This document shows positions 27,196 through 37,995 of a stretch of DNA of 64,000 nucleotides, one piece after another. The notes under the pieces were generated by a model. That model worked only from the letters and a program-made list of their open reading frames with translations, searched no databases and was not told where the DNA came from. The DNA comes from Octopus bimaculoides (lineage: Eukaryota): the NCBI RefSeq assembly GCF_001194135.2, contig NC_068985.1:33651029-33715028 (forward strand). Reading direction: 5' to 3'. Position 1 is the stretch's first letter, and the number at the start of each line of letters is the position of its first letter. Both the position numbers and the translations under genes were made by a program.

Positions 27196-28010
27196 TATAT
27201 ATATATAAGTATATATGTACATACACACAGAGTTTTTTGGGGAACTGAAAGTTTCATGCCACTTTGATCTTCAGGTGAGAATTGTTACAATTAAGTGATA
27301 TATTTATATCCTTCACTGTTTGTGTGATCTTGTGTTTGTATTTGTTCACTGGTTTACATTTCAGGTTCATCTGTTGAGTACTGTGTCTCTGACCTTTTCA
27401 TTCATTTACATAATATATGTATATACTTATTACATACAACCAAAAACCTATTTTGCTTATTACTACTTATACAGTTCAGTTTGTTTCTCAGTTACCTTCC
27501 TAAGTATTACTGGCATTTATTTTATGTATTTCAAAAAACTGATTTTTTTTTCTTATGGATGAGAAAACTGTAAAATATTCAGTCTGTTTCACATCCTATA
27601 AATTATTCCTAAATACATAAGATGCCTTTTTAGCATATCAACTTTAACTATACCCATGAGGTAGTGAGGGAGCCTCCATGTTGCTGATCAAATTACTAGA
27701 AATAATATGCAAATCCACCTCAAATTATACTCTATCATCTTCAAAATGAAAAGGATAAATTGAATAATTTAGTCCTAGATACATTATTCTTGAAAACAAG
27801 ATGGAGTGAGTGTCCATAAATGCAAAGCCTTTGATAGGAGGGCTTATTTGGGGCTTAGCAATTCATGTTACCCATATTTTTATCTATTTACTTTATAAAT
27901 CCATTAAGTTAGCTGCATTTCTCTCCACAGAGTTATATGACACATACATCATGATTTCCATAATTTTATAAACACTGTAAGTTTCCCACTTTCGTTTCTC
28001 CTCTTTACAG

Positions 28011-28252
28011 ATGGTGTCATCCTTGTGGAGCCAGATTACTTAAAGGATCGCAAGGTCTATGCTCATATCTTAGCTGCATTTCGCTATGGCAGAGAAGATT
28101 TGGATGTCTTAGGACTTACATTCCGCAAAGACCTCTTTCTGTCATCTGTACAAGTGTATCCACCACCAAAAGACCAAGAACGACCTTTGACACGACTCCA
28201 AGGAAGACTCATCAAGAAGCTTGGTCCAAATGCTTACCCGTTTTATTTTGAA
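28011..28252 (+). CDS. ARRB: Beta-arrestin, first coding exon found in the window: (D)[15 protein letters not shown]...[18 protein letters not shown]...[10 protein letters not shown]
   Basis: Arrestin N-domain signature [18 protein letters not shown]; acceptor tttacag and donor gtaagt; phase 1 in, phase 0 out. Confidence 0.98.
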
Positions 28253-30279
28253 GTAAGTATTCTGTTTCAAGTTGTGCCATTGTATTTCAGCTACCACCAG
28301 ATATTTTTTTTTTTCGTAGCTTGTAAATTTCTTCATATTCACTTGATTATCTAAAAAATCATTGGTGTGGTTGCTGGTGCCAAATAAAAAGCATTGGCAA
28401 TGGTGATTCCTGTCAAGCCATCCAACCTATGCCAGCATGGAAAATAGACATTAAATGATGATGATGAAATGACAAGTATTGAATTTTGACATCATAGTGA
28501 ATACATTAAATTGAATACTGGAGAGTATTTTAGTTCAAATCTAATCAACTTTTCCTTTCATGTGTTTAGATTTTATAAAATCAGTTGTTGCATTGGTGCA
28601 AAATTTAGGAAAGGAAAACTTTGAGTTAGAGTAAATGAAACATTCTTCCAGTTACTTTTTCTTAGCAGATCCATTTCACATTCAGCTGGTTTTGTCCATC
28701 CAAAGCTAAACATATTTCTTTACATCTTCATTGTACATTACAAGACCTGAAGTGCATGATTCTTATATTAGAGGGAGGGCATCTCAGTAGAAACTCCATA
28801 GTTTCAGATTCTGTACCTCAATGATGCACAAGGACTGTGTCCACAATTGTTGTGTGCCATCTTGGCCCTATCAGCTTCTATTCTCAGTTGATTAACCCTT
28901 TCAACACCAACCCTCCTTAGACTACTTCTTGTTCTATGATAACAACTTTATATTTTAAAGTAGCATAAAACTGAAATCTTTTTTCAAAATTCTTTTGTAA
29001 TTTATATTCCAAACATCAGCTTAACAGGACAGATTAGTTTATTAAATTCTTTATTATTCTTAAATGAAACAATGGCTGTGTATTTTAACAAAAATATTCT
29101 TTTCTACTCAAGGCACAAGGCCTGAAATTTGGGGGGAGTGGTGGGAAGGGGGCAGTCGATTAGATCAACCCCAGTACGCAACTGGTACTTAATTTATTAA
29201 CCCTGAAAGGATGAAAAGCAAAGTTGAACTCAGAATGTAAAGACAGACGAAATACCACTAAGCATTTTGCCCAGCATGCTAACATTTCTGCCAGCTCGCT
29301 ACCTTAATTTCAGCAGAAATATTGTAAATAAAGAGTTAAGGCAAATGGTATCTGTTCAGTTGCCATCATTTCTTCTGTTATCATGTGTGGTATGCTGTTG
29401 TTTCTTCCCACACACACCCCCACCAACAACAGAAGTATCAACCTCAATGGGAGTGACACATTTAAGGACACTTTTTTTTTGACATCAACTGAATCTGAAT
29501 CCATATTTGTTTGAACAAAGGATACTGTTCATCTATTTTGTGATGACGATACTCCATCAACATTCACTGCTGAGTCCATAATGACTGGCAAGGATATTCG
29601 TGCCTGTCATCATAGGATCAGTAAATGCCAGAATACATGAGATGCCAGAGTTCAGAAGAAGTCAATTGCTGGTCAAAGGCAGCCTCTGATTACAATGCCT
29701 TTTATCAACAAGTAATTTACTTTATTGATATTTACTATCTACTCTGAGTATTTACTCACAGTACATGCCTGATACATACATACACACATATATGTGTGTG
29801 TGTGTGTATGTATGGATGGATGGGTGGGTGGATGGATGGATAGATACTCCATCAATTGCCAGGTGGGTAAGCTAGAGGTAGTAGATAGCTTCCATTATCT
29901 AGGTGCCTGAGTTAGTAGCTGAGGTCGATTCTCCAAGAGTATAGCTGTGAAAATTAGAATTGCCAGCCCTGGTCAAACCATCCAGCCTATGCCAGCATGG
30001 ACAACAGGCATTAAATGACGAAGATGATGATGATATGTAGGCAGTGTCCCAACATGGCTACAGTCTAATGATTGAAACAAGTAAAAGAATATATATANNN
30101 NNNNNNNNNNNNNNNNNNNNNNNNNNNNNNNNNNNNNNNNNNNNNNNNNNNNNNNNNNNNNNNNNNNNNNNNNNNNNNNNNNNNNNTGTGTGTGTGTGTG
30201 TGTGTGTGTGATATTAAAGCCTCTATCTTTCTGAATTTTATAGATGTGATGGTCTATCTGTTTCCCACATGAATGACTA

Positions 30280-30500
30280 CACATAGATAAATTCAAAAAG
30301 GACTTAATAAGCAAATTTAAGGAGTATGACCTGAAAATCACCATCAGTGACCATTAATTTCCCAGATAGATGCCTAGACTTCTCTGTTACCAAATTTTAC
30401 CCTTAGAGAAAAAACTCTACTACAAATATTATGTAGATACATGAAAACATCAACATTTCCCCAGACATTAGACAAAATAGCCTAGGAGATAGATGTAGGA
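30280..30500 (+). mobile_element. Penelope-like RT remnant
   Basis: DKFKKDLISKFKEYDLKITIS...INF..D...KFYP*RK resembles the region after the YxDD motif in Naiad-type PLE RTs. Confidence 0.5.
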
Positions 30501-31002
30501 AAATAAACAAACATATGATCCGACAGCTATATATCCAATCAGGTGTCTACCAAGTTAAAGTGTGTGTGTAGAGAGAGAGGGAAAAGACTTACTCTAGGTA
30601 CTGTGTAGTGGAGCTGAAATTAAAACCACATGGTTCAGAAACGAACTACTTAACCACTCAGCCATACCTGATGAGAAGCATAAGGTGTCCTGCATTGCAA
30701 AGCAGTGCACCAGTGCAAATTAAGACATGAATGGAGAAAAATGTGCACAGAACGATAGTGGTGAACTTGCCCTCCCTTATGCTGATAAGAAAAGGCTTTG
30801 AAATATCACTATGAGATGTTGTTAAATGAGGATTATGTGTGGGAGAGAAATAACTACCAAAAATAGATTTATCAGTAGGACCAGCTTTTGAAGATAACAA
30901 ATATTCTTTTATAAATGTGATTAAAGAATATGAAAGTAAGGAAAGCAGCTGGACTATGAGAGGCTGGATCTGACCAGTTCCAACATAAAACAGGTAGACA
31001 CT

Positions 31003-31033
<31 letters not shown>

Positions 31034-31285
31034 GTTTAACGTCCGCTTTCCATGCTGACAATAAAAGGATCTATATTAATCATTTGCGTAATCAATAAAG
31101 TGGTGTTTGTATCCTTTAATTTAGCAGAACTATGGTCAAAAGCTTTTCATCTTATCGCATCCATTTTGCTCTGACCATCTCTTTTTTGCTCTGATGTTAT
31201 TTGTTTAAACTAGTGGCATTTAACAGTATACAAACAGCTAAATACTAAGTTGTTGAAATCTCTTCTGAAGGACATTCGGATTTAG

Positions 31286-31506
31286 CTCTTTAGCATTTAA
31301 ACCAATCATATCTGGCCCAAATATTCTGCCTGTTTTATGTTGAAACTGGCCGGATCCAGCTTCTCACACATACCCCACAATATCATTCTAAAAATTAACA
31401 ATTGTGTCTTCAAAATCTTGAAGCTACAAGATACTACATGAATTAATTTTTTTAAATGTAGGTAAATAAGTATTACATTTGATAAATTAATCTGAATGCT
31501 AAAGGG
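31286..31506. mobile_element. piggyBac-like MITE (CCCTTTAGCATT-type TIRs, TTAG flanks)
   Basis: ctctttagcatttaaa...tctgaatgctaaaggg flanked by ttag on both sides; homolog at 37786-37995. Confidence 0.65.
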
Positions 31507-31873
31507 TTAGGCTCGTAGAGCTACCATCCACAGAAAGACAACTCTGTAGTTGAGCATTGAACAAATTAGAAAGAGATGACTTTTGTTGTTTCACAGTACC
31601 AAGACTAACTTATTTCAGCTGGTTATAAATGAATAATTGTAATTTCTGCCTTACATTTCTCTCATTTGGTTTAGAAAATAGGTACAGCTTCCAATTTGTG
31701 AATGTTTCTAGTTCTATTAATTCTTACTAATGTTCGCTTTTTTAAAACTATTCAATCGAGGTGAGAAAAACAAATGTTACATTTACTTTGCATTTTGAAT
31801 TGCTTATCTATGTTACAATGATTCAGGCTTGCTAATGTTATAATATACTTCATGGTTTTCTTTCTGTCTTCAG

Positions 31874-31933
31874 TTGCCTCCTAATGCTCCAGCTTCTGTT
31901 ACTCTGCAACCCGCACCTGGAGACACTGGAAAA
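31874..31933 (+). CDS. ARRB: Beta-arrestin exon LPPNAPASVTLQPAPGDTGK
   Basis: cttcag|ttg...aaa|gtaagt; 60 nt, phase 0-0; conserved SVTLQP.P.DTGK. Confidence 0.97.
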
Positions 31934-32567
31934 GTAAGTTCACAACATTGTTTTCATATTTTACTCTAAAGAAACTAAATTCACTCCTAGCTTGCTGATG
32001 TAATTCTTTTGACTAAGCAAAGAAATGGATTTAGACGTAGAACAACTTATTCTACAAACTCAATCCTATGTAAACAGAGTGGAGATGAAGTGATTGAGCA
32101 AATAAAGGAATTTGGCTACCAGCACTAAAGAGGTTGTTGTGTCTTCAACAAGACAAAACTAAAGGGGCCTCTTGACCCCTTTAGTCTTGTCTTGTTTTCT
32201 CTGTTCATTTACCAACCACTTTACAGGATGTACAGGATCAGCAATAGTGAAGTTTCCTTGTGCTACACAGAACAATGGGGTCTTCACTGCTCAATGCTGT
32301 CTTCATTCATTCTGGATAGCATGGCTAATAGCAGGATAGAAGAGTGGGTGATTGCAAAGGCTGAACTGCAGTGAAGTGGAGAAAAAATGAGAGTATAAAA
32401 GGAGGAAACAAAGTGTTTGGGGTAACAGCATGGAAGAGGAAGGAGGAGAGAGAGAGAGAGAGTAACAGCAGAGTAAAATGAAAGAGACAACAATAGCATA
32501 GGGTTATGAGAGAAAGGTACTAATAGAAGCTACGTATTTGCTGAGAAAGAGTGAGTTAGTGATGGAT

Positions 32568-34170
32568 CATCATCATCATCATCGTTTAACGTCCGCTTTC
32601 CATGGTAGCATGGGTTGGACGATTTGACTGAGGACTGGCGAACCAGAAGGCTGCACCAGGCTCCAATCTGATCTGGCAGAGTTTCTACAGCTGGATGCCC
32701 TTCCTAATGCCAACCACTCCAAGAGTGTAGTGGGTGCTTTTACGTGCCACTGGCACGAAGGCCAGTCACGCGGTACTGGCAACGGCCACGCTCAAAATGG
32801 TGCTTTTTTACGTACCACCTGCACAGGAGCCAGTCCAGCGGCACTGGCAACGACCTCACTCGAATGATTTTCTAACATGCCACCAGCACAAGTGCCAGTA
32901 AGGCAACACTGGTAACAATCAGGCTCAAATGGTGCTATTTACATGCCACTAGCATGGAAGCCAGACAGCTACTCTGGCAATGATCACGCTCGGACAGTAC
33001 TATTAGTGCTCCACTGGCACAGGTGCCAGTCATCGAATATGGTTCAATTATGATTTCGATTTCACTTGCCCCAACAGGTCTTCACAAGCAGAGTCTAGTG
33101 TCCAATGAAGGAGAGGTTGGCATGAGTGCCAGTTGTCGAATTTGGTTCGATTTCGATTTCAAATTCACTTATCTCAACAGGTCTTCGCAAACAGAGTTTA
33201 GTGTCCAATGCAGTAAAGATACGAATAAGTGAGCTGGTTACACTTCTGGCAGAGGCCACAGATTATGCTCTCACTTGGCTTGCCGAGTCTTCTCATTTAC
33301 TGCATATTTCCAAAGGTCCCAGTCACTAGTCATTGCCTCGGTGAGGCCTAAAGTTCAAAGGTCATGCTTCACCACCTCATCCCAGGTCTTCCTGGGTCTA
33401 CTTCTTCCACAGATTCCCTCAACCGCTAGGGTGTGGCACTTTTTCACACAGCTATCCTCATCCATTCTTGCCACATGTCCATATCAGCGCAATCGTCTCT
33501 CTTGCACACCACAACTGATGCTTCTTAGGTCCAACTTTTCTCTCAAGGTACTTACACTCTNNNNNNNNNNNNNNNNNNNNNNNNNNNNNNNNNNNNNNNN
33601 NNNNNNNNNNNNNNNNNNNNNNNNNNNNNNNNNNNNNNNNNNNNNNNNNNNNNNNNNNNNNNNNNNNNNNNNNNNNNNNNNNNNNNNNNNNNNNNNNNNN
33701 NNNNNNNNNNNNNNNNNNNNNNNNNNNNNNNNNNNNNNNNNNNNNNNNNNNNNNNNNNNNNNNNNNNNNNNNNNNNNNNNNNNNNNNNNNNNNNNNNNNN
33801 NNNNNNNNNNNNNNNNNNNNNNNNNNNNNNNNNNNNNNNNNNNNNNNNNNNNNNNNNNNNNNNNNNNNNNNCTCTAGTTCTGACAGTAACTCAACAATTA
33901 GAGCAAGGTCATCAGCATAGAGGAGCTCCCAGGGGCATCCTGTCCTAAATTCCTCTGTTATTGCCTGGAGGACTATGATAAATAGGAGGGGGCTGAGGAC
34001 TGAACCTTGGTGGACCCCTACCTCTAACTGGAATTCTTCACTGTACTCGTTGCCAACCCTCACCTTACTGACAGTGTCCCTGTACATGGCTTGCACAGCT
34101 CTTACTAACCATTCATCTATCCCTAGTTTCCTCATTGACCACCAGATAAGGGAGCAGGGGACCCTGTCAA
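32568..34170 (-). mobile_element. 5'-truncated RTE LINE with RT core and 3' UTR
   Basis: ORF 33458-34135: GVHQGSVLSPLLFIIVLQAITEEFRTGCPWELLYADDL (RT motifs); 3' UTR with ~70 bp tandem units; (GAT)n tail at 32568. Confidence 0.95.
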
Positions 34171-34719
34171 AGGCTGGATGTCAATTATTAGTGACCTAGG
34201 AGAGAGAGAGAGTGTGGCATGGTAAAAAAAGTGCCAGTGACAAACAATCAAGACAGTGATGATAAGTGATTGATGTTAATGAAGGAATAACCTGAGGAAG
34301 AAGGATTATTGCTAACCGTGCAAGGGAGTAAATAAAAGAATGTATTAGATGCCAGCAGATTCAATACAATTTTCATTATTCAGGCAACATGACAAGAAAG
34401 TGAGGTGAGTTGAAAGAGATATGGATAGTGGTAGGGCGAGTGGTCTAAAGTTTTCCTTCCTTCATTTAATAGGTAGCATGGTTCAGCAAGCAGGAGAAAG
34501 GGTGGTGCTAGAGAGATGAGAAGTTATTAAATAGATAAGAAAGACAGCATATGAAGATGGAAAGCAGGTTCAAAATGGGCAAATTGCCCAGATGTAAATA
34601 GATATTATGCATCCCAGTCTCCATCACTTACTCAGCATTTCATGGTACATTTTGCCATGCTTTCGTGGCTAGTTAGCTCTTCTCAAAATATTGCACATTG
34701 TCAGTTGACAACAGGTCTT

Positions 34720-35342
34720 GGATTTTTGTGGTTTTCGTCACTGTTTACAATTACCTTTAAAACAATTTTTTAATGTATCATATAGATGTAATTTTTGACG
34801 CTGAATTCGAATTTGTTATTTATTCCAGAAAATTTTTTTAAATGTTACAGGTGTTCAAAGTTTGATAATTTTCAGAATTTTCAGCCAATCAGAAAACAGC
34901 ACATTCTCTGCTTCTTCTATCATCAGGGAATGGTGGGCATCAGCATATCAAAACATTAAACTAAAATTGTTGAGTATGAGTTCCATCTGTTGCAAAAATT
35001 ATAGAACATGTGGTGGTTACACTCCTTGTGCGCATGCACAGCATCTTTTGTTGCTATGGAAACAGAGTTCTTCGCAATCAGCTATAGAACACGTGGTGCT
35101 TCTTTGCTTTGGTTACTGTAGAAACAGACTTCTTCACCATGGTGATGTCTAGATACTCGCTTATGATTGGCTGAAATACCCAAATTTTGTAAATTTTAAA
35201 GATTAATAACTTTTTATTTTAATTATGGATTTATAGGAAAAATTAATTTCATTTTCATAACTAGTATACAAAACTTAATCCATGTATCAAATTTGAAAAC
35301 AATTGGAACAAAATTGTAAACTGACGAAAACCACAAAGATCC
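34720..35342. mobile_element. MITE with ~31-33 bp TIRs (GG termini) and 8 bp TSD caggtctt; Merlin-like or hAT-like
   Basis: Left ggatttttgtggttttcgtcactgtttacaatt versus the reverse complement of the right end, ggatctttgtggttttcgtcagtttacaatt; caggtctt at 34712-34719 and 35343-35350. Confidence 0.85.
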
Positions 35343-35877
35343 CAGGTCTTTATTATCTCCTTTTATGAGATGCATTTCTTTATCCACCTGTCATTCTCTC
35401 ATTCTCCATACACATTGTATGTCTGTATCTGTGTAGTCTTCTATCTTGTGCTTATTGTCTTTGTGCACAGACTGCTTATGAAGTCTATCTTCTATGTTAA
35501 CCTGCCTGTGATCCTATTATGGATCCTTGTGCACCTATTTTTTACATTAGGTACACCATGTGAAATTTCTGACTATTCTTTCCTGCATGTTGACCAAGGC
35601 CATTTAAAGTGTTGGGCTGTGAGGTGGTATCAATAGGTTCCTGGACTCTATTACTCTTACTCTTTTACTTGTTTCAGTCATTTGACTGCGGCCATGCTGG
35701 AGCACTGCCTTTTAGTCGAGCAAATCAACCCCAGGACTTATTCTTTGGAAGCCTAGTACTTATTCTATCGATCTCTTTTGCCGAACCGCTAAGTTACAGG
35801 GACGTAAACACACCAGCATCGGTTGTCAAGCGATGTTAGGGGCCACAAACACACACAGACACATATATACATTATTT

Positions 35878-35911
<34 letters not shown>

Positions 35912-36377
35912 NNNNNNNNNNNNNNNNNNNNNNNNNNNNNNNNNNNNNNNNNNNNNNNNNNNNNNNNNNNNNNNNNNNNNNNNNNNNNNNNNNNNNNNNN
36001 NNNNNNNNNNNNNNNNNNNNNNNNNNNNNNNNNNNNNNNNNNNNNNNNNNNNNNNNNNNNNNNNNNNNNNNNNNNNNNNNNNNNNNNNNNNNNNNNNNNN
36101 NNNNNNNNNNNNNNNNNNNNNNNNNNNNNNNNNNNNNNNNNNNNNNNNNNNNNNNNNNNNNNNNNNNNNNNNNNNNNNNNNNNNNNNACGTGTCACCTGC
36201 ACGCAACGGCCACGCTCGAAATGGTGTCTTTTATGTGCCACCCGCACAAGCCAGTCCAGGGGCACTGGCAACGATCTCGCTCGAAAATCCTACAGGAGCC
36301 AGTCAGGCAGTACTGGCAACGGCCACGCTCAAAATGGTGCATCTCATGTGCCACCCGCACAAGAGCCAGTCCAGGGG

Positions 36378-36413
<36 letters not shown>

Positions 36414-36692
36414 GACAGGCTTCTTTCAGTTTCCATCTAGCAAATCCACTCACATGGCTTTGGTCAGCCTGAGGCTATAGTAGAAGACACTTGCCTAAGG
36501 TGCCACACAGTGGAACTAAACCCAGAACCATGTGATTGGTAAGCAAGCTACTAACCACACAGCCACTCCTGCGCCTAATGACTTATTGATCATCTTGTCA
36601 TTAAAACATTGCAACTTTGTGTATGCATTTTGTCTTGTGGACTTGGGTCTCTCCATTACTTTTCATTTTCTAACCGTTTGTTTTATTCACAG

Positions 36693-36760
36693 CCCTGTGG
36701 AGTTGATTATGAACTAAAGACTTATGTAGCTGACCATGTGGATGAAAAACCACATAAACG
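36693..36760 (+). CDS. ARRB: Beta-arrestin exon PCGVDYELKTYVADHVDEKPHK(R)
   Basis: ttcacag|ccc...cg|gtaagt; 68 nt, phase 0-2; conserved CGVDYE and HKR. Confidence 0.97.
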
Positions 36761-37785
36761 GTAAGTACTAATTTGATATGGAGTGCGTGTCTAAAGAAAT
36801 TCAGCTTGATGGAGCTTATTCCAATCTCATTTACATCTACTATAAATAGTGAAATAAGTCCTAGCACATTGTAACCATGATAGCATTGCAAATAAATGAA
36901 ACATTCATTATTTTTCTCAGTGCTACTCCTGCTTACAGTAGTACCTTGTTCTTACTCTGTGGCATGTATTTACAGTTAATCTGAGTTAATGTCTTGACTG
37001 TGAACACTACGTATTACCAGTAACAGAATATGAACTGTTAACCTTTCACCTGCTTTTCCTGTACATTATTGACTGTCATCAGACTAATATAGTTGTTTAA
37101 TATGAATCCAGCAGTCAGCTATCTATACCCTTTCTTTATGTCCAGTTATAAGTTTCTTATTGGATTCTTTTATAGAAGTTTGTTGAAAGTTACCATGGAA
37201 ATCTCTTACTGGCATCTTCTAAAGATGAATTGAATTTGGTATATGGGGAAAAAAAAGAAAAGGAGAATTGAAATGTTTCCTTACTAATCTCAAACTTGAA
37301 TTTTAGTTACAAAAGTCAAAGACAAGTTCTCTTAACATTAATAGGTTTCTTCCATATTCTAGAAAATGATGACTTCTATGTCATCATTTTCATGCACCTT
37401 ATTCCATAGTCTTAGATGTTACTAGAGTTCCATTTCTTGTTTTGTGGGGTCTTTTGTTTCTTTTGTGATGACCAAACAGCATCTTGTTGTGAGCATGTTA
37501 TTATGTTTAAGCATATGAAACAGAGATAGAGACAAATCAACTTCAGTATTTGACCGGTGCATTCATTTTTTTTTTATCAAACTCAGAAATAAAGGCAAAG
37601 TTGACCTTATGAGGAATTGAACTCAAAATACAAGAGACAAAGACAAAAACCACAAGCCATTTTGTCTGATGTTCTTGCAATTTTGCCAATTAGCTGTCTT
37701 CCAGATCAAACTAGTTATGAAAAAATAAAACTTAGTTTAGTACTCTTCCCGTCTTTCTAACACCATTGTCATTTGTATTGTTCAA

Positions 37786-37995
37786 CCCTTTAGCATTTAA
37801 ACCAGCCATATGAAGCCAAAATACTGTACCTGTTTTATATTCATACCAACTAGATCTAGCTTCTCACACCTAACCTACAATGTTAGTCTAAAAATAAACA
37901 GTCACATCATCAAAATCTCAAAGTTACATAATTAATTCAAAATAATGGGAATAAATAAAAATTACATTTGATAGAATAAACTGAATGCTAAATGA
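37786..37995. mobile_element. piggyBac-like MITE, second copy
   Basis: ccctttagcatttaaacc...ctgaatgctaaatga|ttaa; internally similar to 31286-31506. Confidence 0.6.

Noticed and set aside
27245-27278. Minus-strand CTGAAGA...GAAAC
   Set aside because: The 12 nt between the core halves cannot form stem II, and stem I does not pair.
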